The notes beneath the pieces were generated by a model. That model made no database searches, was not told the origin of the DNA, and saw only the letters and a list, made by a program, of their open reading frames with translations. From assembly GCA_965215195.1 (NCBI GenBank), contig CBDCDC010000002.1, positions 3,552,001-3,616,000 of the forward strand: a stretch of 64,000 nt of DNA, read 5' to 3'. The position numbers and the translations under genes were made by a program. Below are positions 29,673 to 39,674 of this stretch, piece by piece (the stretch's first letter is position 1; each line of letters opens with the position of its first letter). Source of the stretch: Candidatus Latescibacterota bacterium (GTDB taxonomy: Bacteria; Latescibacterota; UBA2968; UBA8231).

Positions 29673-31334
29673 CTACCGCACGGTAAACGCTGCCTCGAGC
29701 CTGTCCTCGTGGATTGACACCTCTGACTCGTAGCGGCTGTGCAGTTCCTTCATGTACTCGTTGAACGCGTTCCGGTGTCTCTCGCGTCTGAGCTGAGATC
29801 GGACCTTCATCTCAGCTTCGGCAAAGGTCTCGCGCTTGCGTTCCCGGGAGAGCACCTTGAAGATGGAGTAGCCCTCCTGCACCTCGACCGGTCCCGTGAG
29901 CTCGCCGATTTCGGCCTCAACCGCAGCTTCCACAAAACCGCCGAACTGGGGCGATTCGTAACGATGCACGTGGAATCGACCCTCGTCATCACGCACCTCA
30001 AGCGCGCGAATCGAATGTCTCTTCGCTAGGTCGCCCAAGGCGGTGCCGTCCTCAATCATCCCTTTCAACTGTAGTGCTTCTATTTCTGTTCTTACGAGGA
30101 TTTCCTGCACCTCGGTCTGTTCGGGATGCAGGAATCTCTCAGCGTTGTCCTCGTAGTACTGGCTCAGGTCGTCTTCAGTGATAGTCACTTTCTCCTTTAA
30201 CATCTTGGACCTGAGGACCCTTACCAATAGCTGTTTTCCCTGCTCTTTGAGCCATCGGGCCACTTCCTCTTCGCGATCGATCCCCTGGCGCACAGCCGCC
30301 TCCTGAATCATCACGTCCGGGACGATGTACTGCTCGACGAAGGAGGCCACCTGATCGGCGTCGCGGAGTGTCTTTAGGCCATTGCCCTTGCGGCTTTTGG
30401 CCGCGCCAATGAGGTCGGTAGCTGTGATCTGTCCGCTGTCGTACTGGTAGAGTACGATCGCAGATGGGTCGTGGCCGACAGCCGCCGCACCGGGGCGCAG
30501 TGCCTCAACGGCAGCGGCTATGCCGTCTCGGACCGGCTCAAGGCGGTATTTGTCCCTCAATTCCGCCACCAGCTCGGCCTTCGCGATTCTGCGCTTCTTT
30601 CGTTCGAGTTCTTTAGCGACTTTCATCCGCTGCTGCGGATTGAACTGAGCGGTCGTCTCATCGAGAATCTTGAAGATGGCGTATCGGTCACCGATTCGAA
30701 CCGGATCCGACACCGAGCCTACAGCGAGCCCGAACAGCTTCTCGGCGAGGCTGGGAATCATCTCGTACCTAGTGGTGAACCGGCCTGTGTCCCCGCCCCG
30801 GGCAGCGGTCTCTTCGTTCATCGACAGCTTCCTCGCGACATCCGCGAAGCTCGCCCCTTCCTCGATCTCCCTCGCGGCCTTCTCTGCCGTCGCGAGGTCG
30901 GCGACCAGGATGTCGCCTAGTCTGACAGCGCGGGCGAGCCCCTCCCGGTCTATGTACTCTTCTACTTCACCGTCTTCTACCGTTGCGTCGATCGCTCTTC
31001 GCTCGTACTCAAGGACGAGCTTCGCCTTCCTGATCCGGATCATCTTGGTCAGGTAGGCCGAGCTCTTCTCGAGGCCTTGGCTTCGGGCTTCCAGCAGCAG
31101 CAGTTCTATGTCGATCATGGTCTGTAGATGGTCTCTCAACGGCATCTTCCCGGCCTCCTCGCCCTTGGCGTACTCGGGCAGTTTGGCGAGGAAATCCCGC
31201 ACGTCCTGGACAGTGATCGTCTGGTCTCCAACCGCCGCGACCGTGGGATTTTCATCCTGCGGTCCGCAGCCTGTGCAAACTAAAAGGATCGCTAGGCTGC
31301 CTAGCGATCCGTAGGATAGAGAAAAAGCCCGCAT
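29673..31334 (-). CDS. PpiC/PrsA-type peptidyl-prolyl isomerase lipoprotein with two rotamase domains
   Basis: Lipobox-like VCTGC; FADVARKLS...RGGDTG and LAKRHS...GELTGPVEVQEGYSIFKV. Confidence 0.88.
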   Translation of the reverse strand: MRAFSLSYGSLGSLAILLVCTGCGPQDENPTVAAVGDQTITVQDVRDFLAKLPEYAKGEEAGKMPLRDHLQTMIDIELLLLEARSQGLEKSSAYLTKMIRIRKAKLVLEYERRAIDATVEDGEVEEYIDREGLARAVRLGDILVADLATAEKAAREIEEGASFADVARKLSMNEETAARGGDTGRFTTRYEMIPSLAEKLFGLAVGSVSDPVRIGDRYAIFKILDETTAQFNPQQRMKVAKELERKKRRIAKAELVAELRDKYRLEPVRDGIAAAVEALRPGAAAVGHDPSAIVLYQYDSGQITATDLIGAAKSRKGNGLKTLRDADQVASFVEQYIVPDVMIQEAAVRQGIDREEEVARWLKEQGKQLLVRVLRSKMLKEKVTITEDDLSQYYEDNAERFLHPEQTEVQEILVRTEIEALQLKGMIEDGTALGDLAKRHSIRALEVRDDEGRFHVHRYESPQFGGFVEAAVEAEIGELTGPVEVQEGYSIFKVLSRERKRETFAEAEMKVRSQLRRERHRNAFNEYMKELHSRYESEVSIHEDRLEAAFTVR

Positions 31335-31366
31335 CAAGCACCTCCACTCAAGCTCGCGTCTATGCC

Positions 31367-34075
31367 CTAATCTAGACCGGCGTACATCGTGGCAAAGGAT
31401 ACGCTGCCCGTCTCGGTCTCGTTATCTATCGATCTTCTGGTCAATCTCATACCCATGTTCGTCAAAAGCCGGTAACCGAGGTAGTTGGTGACGTTCGAGA
31501 ACTGCACCGCTCCGACGATCTCGGTGAAATCGTCGAGCAGTCCCTCCTTGACCGCGGTCTCCGATTTGCGTAGCTGGTTGAAGATCGTGTACTCCACACC
31601 GGCCTGCATGGTGGAAGAAGAGAACAGCGGCCATCGCGCCAGCAGGGAAAGCTGCAGCGTGTCTTCCCTGCGCTTGGGATCAGACCTGAGCGCCGGAGCC
31701 TCCAGCCTGAGTTCGTTCTTTATTCTCGGCATGAGATCGACATAGGCGACCTTGCGCTCGAGGTCCACCTTGTTGATGAGACCGAAGAAGGTGTAGTCCT
31801 CGCGCAGATCGGGCTGTCGTTCGTTCTGGTGCCAGCGATCGTATTTGAACTTACTCACGAAATTCACATCCTCGATCTTGGTGTACTTGAAGCTCATGAA
31901 CGTGGAGTTTATCCATGTGTCCTGAGCCGCGAGGGGATCAACGGTTGGAACGTTCCGCCTCTCGAACTCGTTCCACTGGCGAAGATCGTTCTCGATGTTG
32001 TCCTTCGCGATTCTGAAATTCTCGTAAATCTTCAGCCTTCCAAGACCCGGATAGTCCCGTTCTAGGGTGAAGAGCACGTAATTAGTCGTGTTCTCCCCGT
32101 CGCCTGCAATCAGTCTCTCATCCGTTCGTCCGACGGTCAGCCTAATGCTCGGAAGCAGGTCGACGCCGCCGTAGATGTTGTATCCTTTGTGGTCCCTCGG
32201 GTAGGGAAAATCCGGCTCATCGTCGTTTTCGAACCGATCTACCCAGATGTTGTTGTTCATGTCTAATCCGAACAAGTACTCCGGCCGGTCTGTTCCGTAT
32301 CTCAAGAACGGCTCGTCGTAGTCCGGGACGAGATTGGGAAGGTCTTCGCTGTCGTTCTGGTTGAAATCGGATATGAAGTCGAGGTTTTCGTCGTACCCGG
32401 GAAACACCTCAATGTCTATGTTTTGGAATATCCTCTGCCAGTCGGGGAATCTGTCCTGATCGTCGTTGTCGTCGACGAGCTCGTAGAAGAACCTCCCCTC
32501 GTCCGAGTAGTCTATGTTGGTCTCGCCCCTAGCCAGTATGGCGCTGGTGTTGTAGTTGTGGGCCATTCTGTAGGCTTCGCTGAAAAAGAAGAAAGGATGG
32601 GCGATCTTCGACAAATTCAACATCCAGCCATCGCCTTGGTCAGAGGCCCCTAGGTGCTTGGTGTGCGCCCTGTTGGGGTACTTCCTGTAACTCACGCTGC
32701 GGTCCCATTCTCCGTACAAGTCGAATCCCCAGAGGCGGGTCGCCTCCAGCGTAAATCCGAATATCTCGGTGGCTGTCGGCAGACCATACGGGATCTTCAG
32801 GACTGTCAGGTTGGAGCCATCCTTGACGTTTTCATCGGCCCTCGCAGCCAGCAGATAGACGTTGGCCAACTGCCTGTCGAACTGGCGGTCCGAGGTCATC
32901 TCGATTCTGTAGTCGTTGGCGACTATCAGCTCGAATGTCACCATTCTTATCTCTGACGGATCCGGGCCTGTGTACGTCGCCACCGAGAAGTCGTAGACCA
33001 GTTCGATCTGCTCGGAGCCGTTCGCCTCCCAGAACCCCAGCCTCTGAAAGCCGCCTTGGGGCGCGGGAATCAGCCCGACTTCGCTGGCCCGGACGGTCTC
33101 CCTCTCGAAACTCACATCCCCCGCTTCATCGATCGCTTCGACGTCGGCCTCTATGATCATGTCCCACGCGAACAGCGTGGCACCGCCTTCGTTGTCCTCT
33201 GGCGAGTCGTCCGAGAGTCGCACGAAGACCTGAGTGACGTTCTCTGCGTTCTGACTGGAGGCGATCGAACCGCTTCGCGGGCTGCCCTCGAAGGCGTCGA
33301 GGAGCTGAGAGGAGTTGTGGGCGCTCACGTGGTTGACACCGAGTTTGAGATAATCTCCAACTTGGGCTGTCGCGCGTCGGCCGGTCAGAGTCGTCGAGTT
33401 CGTCTGCTGGTTATTGGGGCTTCGCGAGCCGGCGGCACCCGGCGAGCTGATCCGCGAGAGGAGAGCCGTTACTTCGTACTTGTCGGACTGATAGTCCACC
33501 TGAATGCCGTCGAACGCCGGCTTAGAGAAGGTCATCGGGGTCAGGGTCGATCGGATCTCGTCGCCTATGGTGATGGCCAGATTGTGCTGTCCCTTCTGAT
33601 CGGAGGCTATGACCAGATTGCTGAAGAAACTCTGGAACCGTGCGGTCTTGAACAGGTTGCTTCCCCCTTGCTGGGGCTGGGTCTGGCTCCAGTCGTAGAT
33701 CAGCCATCCTCTGGTGATGTACGAACCGTAGATGTCGTAGAAGTAGTCTCCCTCGAGATTGGTCGATACATAGCGCTGGTAGTGATCTCTCGCGTAGTTG
33801 CTGTACTCCGACTGCTTCCACTGATATTCGCGAAACAGCTCCTGTGGGACGTACCACTTTTTGACCGCGGGGTCTAGAGCGCCGAACAGGACGCCGGGCC
33901 CTGTCGGTTCGAACGTGAGCTCGCCGCCGCGGCGAAACCCCTTTATCCGATCTCGATCGGGACCTTGGGCTTCCGAGCGAGTACTGTGCAGCAGAATTGC
34001 CGAGACGATGGTGCATCCTATGGCCAGCGCACCGATTAGGCGCATCGCGGCTCTGAATGTATGACCGGTCACCAT
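31367..34075 (-). CDS. 902-aa exported protein, predicted outer-membrane beta-rich
   Basis: Signal peptide, aromatic-rich amphipathic strands, Asp-rich loops, C-terminal SFATMYAGLD; no family recognised. Confidence 0.7.
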   Translation of the reverse strand: MVTGHTFRAAMRLIGALAIGCTIVSAILLHSTRSEAQGPDRDRIKGFRRGGELTFEPTGPGVLFGALDPAVKKWYVPQELFREYQWKQSEYSNYARDHYQRYVSTNLEGDYFYDIYGSYITRGWLIYDWSQTQPQQGGSNLFKTARFQSFFSNLVIASDQKGQHNLAITIGDEIRSTLTPMTFSKPAFDGIQVDYQSDKYEVTALLSRISSPGAAGSRSPNNQQTNSTTLTGRRATAQVGDYLKLGVNHVSAHNSSQLLDAFEGSPRSGSIASSQNAENVTQVFVRLSDDSPEDNEGGATLFAWDMIIEADVEAIDEAGDVSFERETVRASEVGLIPAPQGGFQRLGFWEANGSEQIELVYDFSVATYTGPDPSEIRMVTFELIVANDYRIEMTSDRQFDRQLANVYLLAARADENVKDGSNLTVLKIPYGLPTATEIFGFTLEATRLWGFDLYGEWDRSVSYRKYPNRAHTKHLGASDQGDGWMLNLSKIAHPFFFFSEAYRMAHNYNTSAILARGETNIDYSDEGRFFYELVDDNDDQDRFPDWQRIFQNIDIEVFPGYDENLDFISDFNQNDSEDLPNLVPDYDEPFLRYGTDRPEYLFGLDMNNNIWVDRFENDDEPDFPYPRDHKGYNIYGGVDLLPSIRLTVGRTDERLIAGDGENTTNYVLFTLERDYPGLGRLKIYENFRIAKDNIENDLRQWNEFERRNVPTVDPLAAQDTWINSTFMSFKYTKIEDVNFVSKFKYDRWHQNERQPDLREDYTFFGLINKVDLERKVAYVDLMPRIKNELRLEAPALRSDPKRREDTLQLSLLARWPLFSSSTMQAGVEYTIFNQLRKSETAVKEGLLDDFTEIVGAVQFSNVTNYLGYRLLTNMGMRLTRRSIDNETETGSVSFATMYAGLD

Positions 34076-34102
34076 GTGACTCCCCCTATCCTTCGCGAAA
34101 AA

Positions 34103-35845
34103 TCAATAGACCAAAGGCACGACCGCAGTCTTGCTCTCTTCACCTTTATCTGTAGCGACTTCCACGCGCACGAGATAGACGCCCGGCGATAGCATTTGTC
34201 CGTTGTCGTCCACGCCGTCCCACACTCTCTGATATCTTCCACCGATGTCGAGGTCGGAGTAGAGCACCCTTCTGAGGCCTCCGGCGAGATCGTAGACTTG
34301 TACCGACACCGGAGAGCCACCCGTCAGGTTGACGATATCGTAGATGACGATGGCTTGGTCGTTAACTCCATCGCCATTGGGCGTAAACGGAGCCGGGGCA
34401 ACCTCGAGGAAGTGGATGCGGTTGTCGGCGACCCGGGTGGTGACCGACAGGTCGTCGCCCGCGGCGACGGGGTCAGCGTCCACGTCTCCCGGGACGAGCG
34501 TCTGCGGCAGGTTATGCGGTCTCTGGGTGTCGAAGATCCTGCCGACGAAGACGGTGTTGTAGTGCAGCGCGATACTCTCGAACACGACGCGCAGCAGCCG
34601 GTCGTCACCGGTGATCCTCGGGAAGCTGATCCGGACGCCGACGATGTCGCCGTCGTCTTCGGTGTCCTCCTTGTCCCACGCCACGTCGGTCCCGTCGATC
34701 TGGACGGATCGGATGACCTCCACCGGTGCCTGCGTCTTGATGTCGAGCTGGTCGAAGCCGCTGCTGTTGTAGCTGCGCACCCAGTAAGTCAGTTCGGTCG
34801 CCTGCCCGAGCACGGCGTCTTGGGGCCACACCTCCCCCACCACGGAATCGGCCAGTGCTGGCGAGACCTCCACGGCGATCGAATCGACCGTCGCTGCCGA
34901 GAGGATGTCGCTGCTGTGGAACAGAACGCGAAACTGCCAGTACCGGCGGGGTACAGGTGATGCGATCGGTGTACGGACTCCGGCCGGATAGGGAGGAGAC
35001 CATCCGCTCCACTTTAGGCTATCGCTCGGGTCCGGCGTACTGCCTCTGCGGGTGGAGACGGTAGCAGATACCTTGGTAGGCTCTCCTATCGTCTCCTTTG
35101 CCCACGTTATACCGCCGAAGACAGCGGGCTGACCCTCATCGAACACATTCGAAGTGTACGCAGCAGCAGATGGGAAACCTTCGCCGAAGATCTCAAACTC
35201 GTCGATCTCCCATTCCCCTCGAACGAGCTGTCTCACCTCTATGAAACGCACGAATTGCAGCGGCACAGCTATGTCGACGACCGGGTCGAGATTGCGCTCA
35301 ACGGTCTTGAAGAGCCTGAGATCGGGATTGCCGGAAACGGTCTTCTGCTCCTCGCTGCCGTCGTTCAGCCTCACCTCGTAACCCTTCAGGAAGAACTCCT
35401 CAAACCCTTCGCGGGGAAAAAATCTGATCCTGTTGACTCCGAAACGCTCGCCCAGATCAAACCTGAATATGATCCCTGTGGCCTTTGGGATCTTGACTTC
35501 GAAGGCCGTGTTCCTGCCATCCACCATGTTGTCCAACAAGTCCTCGAATTCACTCTGGGTGACTGCGAGGACCGTGCGCGCATTTGGCGACGTTATTTGC
35601 CCCCCCCTTTCGATCAACTTCAGGGAAATATTCTCTTCAGGATCATTCTGTAACGGTTGAATGAAACCGGGATTGGCTTCGAAATCGATGACCGTTATGT
35701 CAGAATGTGCCTGATCCCAGGCGCGGGAACCCGGGCCACCTCCGAAGACGATCGTCTCTCCATTGCCTGCCGCCGCAAGTCCGAGGAGAGCTACGGACAG
35801 AACGGGCAGGGCCACTGCTCTATGAGGTGACGTTCCAGTTATCAC
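34103..35845 (-). CDS. Exported discoidin-like plus FlgD-Ig protein (paralogue 2)
   Basis: FDLGERF, WSGWSPPY, IASPVPRRYWQFR, PFTPNGDGVND, WDGVD...PGVYL; ends VPLVY. Probable GTG start at 35845. Confidence 0.8.
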   Translation of the reverse strand: MITGTSPHRAVALPVLSVALLGLAAAGNGETIVFGGGPGSRAWDQAHSDITVIDFEANPGFIQPLQNDPEENISLKLIERGGQITSPNARTVLAVTQSEFEDLLDNMVDGRNTAFEVKIPKATGIIFRFDLGERFGVNRIRFFPREGFEEFFLKGYEVRLNDGSEEQKTVSGNPDLRLFKTVERNLDPVVDIAVPLQFVRFIEVRQLVRGEWEIDEFEIFGEGFPSAAAYTSNVFDEGQPAVFGGITWAKETIGEPTKVSATVSTRRGSTPDPSDSLKWSGWSPPYPAGVRTPIASPVPRRYWQFRVLFHSSDILSAATVDSIAVEVSPALADSVVGEVWPQDAVLGQATELTYWVRSYNSSGFDQLDIKTQAPVEVIRSVQIDGTDVAWDKEDTEDDGDIVGVRISFPRITGDDRLLRVVFESIALHYNTVFVGRIFDTQRPHNLPQTLVPGDVDADPVAAGDDLSVTTRVADNRIHFLEVAPAPFTPNGDGVNDQAIVIYDIVNLTGGSPVSVQVYDLAGGLRRVLYSDLDIGGRYQRVWDGVDDNGQMLSPGVYLVRVEVATDKGEESKTAVVPLVY

Positions 35846-35883
35846 TTGCTGAACACGGACTCCTTGGTGTCCTGTCGCGGAGA

Positions 35884-38622
35884 CTAGTAGGCGACGCGCA
35901 CCAATCGATGGACCGAGGTTTCCTTCTCGGATGTCGAATCCACTTTCAGGTCGATGCGCATCAGATAGATCCCCGGTGGCACGACCGCTCCCGACTGGTC
36001 GACGCCCGTCCACGCCACCGTATGACGGCCTGCCATTATGGTCGTCTCGGCTATACGCGCCACCGGCCGGCCAGCCAGATCGTACACGTCCACTTGGACC
36101 GGTGCCGAACTGAGCACCCGCATCAGCGAAAAACGGACCTCCAGCTCGTCGTTGACGCCATCTCCATTGGGCGTGAAAACGCGATCGACCTGTAGATCCC
36201 CCAGCAACTCGCCGCGCTCCAGCGCCAACACCACCGTCGTCTCGCTGTCCACAACCCCGTTGGCATCGCCGTCATCCACCCGCTGCCACGAATTTTCGAA
36301 CGCCGAGTTCCCCGTGGAGCCGATGAAAAACGTGTTGAACCCGAATAGGGTCGTCTCGAACTGGAGCTCCACCAGCGCGGATCCCCTTGTCGTCTTGATC
36401 GGGGCCGGCAGACGCACCCACAGCGAATCCGTCTCCATCACCACCTCGAACTCCTCGCTCTCCGCCGTATACGTCACGGCGTCCTGCCCGGTCACGTCCA
36501 CACTCACCTGTTTCAGCTTCATGTCGGTGCCGTCGGGCGCCTCAATGAGGATCTCGTCGAACCCCCTGCTGCCCGACTCAAAGGTTGAGCGAATGAAATA
36601 CGACAGCAGCAGCTTCGTGCCGATCTTCTCCAGACGCGAGGGCAGCACCTCGCCGACGATCGCGCCGGCCACCGGCGTCACGAAGTTCAGTGCCACCGAA
36701 CGCAGCGTGGCCGCCGCCTTGGGGTCTTCTGTCAGGAAGATCGCCCTGATGGCGACGAACCGTCTGGGACTGGGCGAGGTAATTTTTGCGCCTGAATCGA
36801 AGTAGGGCTGACTCCAGCCGCTCCAGTCATTGCCCGGGCGCGTCTCGGTTAAGACCGGCCCTACCGAAGCATCCCCGAAGAACTTTTTGTCCGTCTCCCA
36901 GGCCTTGGCCGCCTCCTCTTCGGTGCCCGGGTACAAATCCCCGTTCTTCTTGTAATAACGGGTTATGCTCTCGACCGTATCGCCAGTCCGGGTTTGCAAA
37001 ATTAGATCCGTACCCGGCGGTACATCGGCCTCCCATTCAATGGTGGCTAGGTTCTGAGGGATCCGCGCCACCTCTATGAACGGGGCCTCCCCTCCGAACT
37101 CAGACGAGATCTGCGACTCCGGCAGGAACCCTTCCCCGAAAAATTGGACCTCCGACACCCCGTGGCTCCCTTGCCCGGGCTCGTACGTGGAGCGGTCGTG
37201 GAGCCTATAGGTAAAGGCAAAATGCTCGACCTTCGTGAGCGGGAACTTGAAGTCGTGGAAATTCTGCCCCCGCACGATGTCGCTGAGCAACCCCACTGTC
37301 TTCCAAGCCAGTTCGCCGCCGGCATTGGTGGAGCCGTCCGAGAGCTGAATGCGGTAGGCTCTGAACGGAGGTGGGTTGGGGAGGGCGTGGAGTACTCTGA
37401 TATTGTCCACAAAATAGGAGCCTCCGAGATCTATGAACATTGAGCGCTCCGCATCCCGCGGATCCGCAATCGGCAACCTGTTGGGATCGTAACTCCCGTT
37501 GGCAGACCAGAACACGAGCTCGCCGAAGAGGTCCCCATCTACCACGGCCGCCCCCTTGTTGACATTCTCTCGGGCGGTCACCCTGCCGCCCCGCTCCAGT
37601 ACGCCCGTGCCGATGTTGTCGCCGATGGTCCAGACCTCGATCTCGGCCAGCCTCGGTGTTTCGCGGCGGTAGTAAACTACCGGCCCCTGCCGCTCCGTGC
37701 CCGCCAGAGCTTCCCAATCCTCTTTCCCATCCAGCAACCTCACCGCCCCCGACACTTCTCGCCGGAAGTACTCTATCTCTCCCTGTTGGTCGGCTGGCAG
37801 GCTATCGTATTCGGACTGAGAAACCTGCCTCGCCTTGTCGAAGTCGCTGTCCTGGATCCCCACTCCGACGTATTGGATGACGTCGCCGGTGAAGTCGCCC
37901 AGTGCATCGGGCCACTTCGTCGGTAGCTGTCCGGTCAGGTCGATCTCGAAAACCCGCTCGTTCTTGTTCGGTCCGTCCGTGGTGAAGCGCGTCCGGAAAA
38001 GGAGCTGATCGAGGGTTTTCTGTCCTTGTGAGGTGGTCACCTTGAACTGTAGAAAAGGGTCTCCCAGATCTTCACCGACAAACTTGAGGACGATCCTGGT
38101 GGCCGATACCGTCCGCCCCAGATCGATCTGCACCCACCAATCCTGCAACAGGTCGGCCGTGTCCGGTTCCCAGAAGGTGTCCATCCTGCCATCCATGAGG
38201 TTGATGGCGCTCGAGCGATTGGATCCGGCATCGAATACACCGCCGCCGAAATCGTCGGCATTGAGGACGGCGTTGATGCCGGGAACGACGACTTCCTCAT
38301 CTTCTATTTTTAGTCTCGTGTGCTTGCGGATGAAGGCGGGCTTCACTCCCTCATCGCTGATCTGGACCGTGTTGGCAGTGGAGTGCCAGCGTTCCCAATG
38401 CTCCTTGGAATCGACGACCACCCTGCCTGACTGTAGCGAATACCCCTCCTGTCCCCAGCATGGACTTACCGCCGACAACGTCAACGCGGAACAGACGAGT
38501 GCCGTGCGGAGGGGGTCCGTTAGCCGTTGAGCGCCGACCCATCCCCGCTCGCGGTGCTCCCTACCTACACCGCGAGGCACTCGGGTTCTCGTCGAGTTCA
38601 GCAATAGTGCCGTTGAGCGCAC
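35884..38622 (-). CDS. Exported protein with two discoidin-like units plus FlgD-Ig (paralogue 3)
   Basis: IDLGRTV and IDLGGSY, WSGWSQPY, ITSPSPRRFV, FTPNGDGVND, WTGVD...PPGIYL; ends VRVAY. GTG start after AAGGAG. Confidence 0.8.
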   Translation of the reverse strand: MRSTALLLNSTRTRVPRGVGREHRERGWVGAQRLTDPLRTALVCSALTLSAVSPCWGQEGYSLQSGRVVVDSKEHWERWHSTANTVQISDEGVKPAFIRKHTRLKIEDEEVVVPGINAVLNADDFGGGVFDAGSNRSSAINLMDGRMDTFWEPDTADLLQDWWVQIDLGRTVSATRIVLKFVGEDLGDPFLQFKVTTSQGQKTLDQLLFRTRFTTDGPNKNERVFEIDLTGQLPTKWPDALGDFTGDVIQYVGVGIQDSDFDKARQVSQSEYDSLPADQQGEIEYFRREVSGAVRLLDGKEDWEALAGTERQGPVVYYRRETPRLAEIEVWTIGDNIGTGVLERGGRVTARENVNKGAAVVDGDLFGELVFWSANGSYDPNRLPIADPRDAERSMFIDLGGSYFVDNIRVLHALPNPPPFRAYRIQLSDGSTNAGGELAWKTVGLLSDIVRGQNFHDFKFPLTKVEHFAFTYRLHDRSTYEPGQGSHGVSEVQFFGEGFLPESQISSEFGGEAPFIEVARIPQNLATIEWEADVPPGTDLILQTRTGDTVESITRYYKKNGDLYPGTEEEAAKAWETDKKFFGDASVGPVLTETRPGNDWSGWSQPYFDSGAKITSPSPRRFVAIRAIFLTEDPKAAATLRSVALNFVTPVAGAIVGEVLPSRLEKIGTKLLLSYFIRSTFESGSRGFDEILIEAPDGTDMKLKQVSVDVTGQDAVTYTAESEEFEVVMETDSLWVRLPAPIKTTRGSALVELQFETTLFGFNTFFIGSTGNSAFENSWQRVDDGDANGVVDSETTVVLALERGELLGDLQVDRVFTPNGDGVNDELEVRFSLMRVLSSAPVQVDVYDLAGRPVARIAETTIMAGRHTVAWTGVDQSGAVVPPGIYLMRIDLKVDSTSEKETSVHRLVRVAY

Positions 38623-38674
38623 TTCTTTCTCCTTATCTTGCTCCCTGCTCATGTCGGAAACGCCGTTGAGTGCC

Positions 38675-38715
38675 AAAAAAAGGGGGGGCGAGGATCAACG
38701 ATCTCGCCCCCCCTT
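38675..38715 (-). terminator. Intrinsic terminator between the 306-aa gene and the rest of the operon
   Basis: Minus strand GGGGGGGCGAG...CTCGCCCCCCC followed by T7. Confidence 0.85.
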
Positions 38716-38756
38716 CAACAACACCTGTCTTGGGTCCTTACAGCCGACCTTTCTTC

Positions 38757-39674
38757 CTATTTGGAGAAGCTCGCCTTAATGCGGCCCCAGCTATCGTCCT
38801 CGACCGCTGTGGCGTCGGTGTCGGACACCCAGTTGTTGGCGTCAAAACCAAGTAGCACGTAGTCTACCAAGGAGTCGGCGTGGAAGTACATGTTGATGTC
38901 GCCAGTGGAGACCCAGTAGCCGTTGTACGAATCGCCTGGGCCGTTGTCATCGTCCTGAATGGCCATGCCGATGCCCATGACCTGGCCTTCCTCCAAGTCA
39001 TGGATAATCAGGTCGGGATCGTCGGGACCGGTCGAACTGGCAGGCAAGTCGTCGAAAGTGGTGAACCAACTCTCCTGAAAGAGGGTGGCGGGTCCACCGG
39101 CCTCGCCCTCGACGTTCCATCTGATACCGGCGTAAGGCTCCACGGAAGCCCATACTCCGCCGCCCCATAACCACAGGTTGTTGTCCTCGTTATTGAGCGA
39201 CTGCTGCCAGTCCTGCGCGGTGGCCCCGGCCCATCGTTCCGGATCTAGGTCGATAGATTCCACGCCTTGGAACTGTTGGCCGCTGTGGTCGGCATCAATC
39301 ACGAGCTCGAGCTTGTCGTTGGTATCGTCGAGGGTGCCGTACCAGACGTCGTCGAACCTTTCCTCCATGACGTACACAAGGTTAGTCTCTGGGTTCCAGC
39401 CGACGATGATGCGCTCGGCGAGATTGCCCGGATCCGGGTCCCCTTGGGTGCCCGTGACGACCTCAATTAGGTCATCTTGGGTTACCCAGAAGACAGACGG
39501 TACGTTGTCCCAATCGCTGAGATCACCATCCATTACGACATCCCTGATTCCATCGACGTCAATGGGCACCTGTACCGCTGCCCAGTTCCGGTCTGTCCGC
39601 TGGTGGGCCGAACTCGGAGTAAAGGAGGCGAGAACGAGGCCCAAAACGGCAGCTATGATGATAATCTTCTTCAC
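38757..39674 (-). CDS. Secreted acidic CBM9/DOMON-like protein with C-terminal TAVExxSWGxIK motif
   Basis: Signal MKKIIIIAAVLGLVLASFTPSSA, MDGDLSDW, VGWN...LVYVMEERFDD; ends ATAVEDDSWGRIKASFSK. Confidence 0.8.
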   Translation of the reverse strand: MKKIIIIAAVLGLVLASFTPSSAHQRTDRNWAAVQVPIDVDGIRDVVMDGDLSDWDNVPSVFWVTQDDLIEVVTGTQGDPDPGNLAERIIVGWNPETNLVYVMEERFDDVWYGTLDDTNDKLELVIDADHSGQQFQGVESIDLDPERWAGATAQDWQQSLNNEDNNLWLWGGGVWASVEPYAGIRWNVEGEAGGPATLFQESWFTTFDDLPASSTGPDDPDLIIHDLEEGQVMGIGMAIQDDDNGPGDSYNGYWVSTGDINMYFHADSLVDYVLLGFDANNWVSDTDATAVEDDSWGRIKASFSK

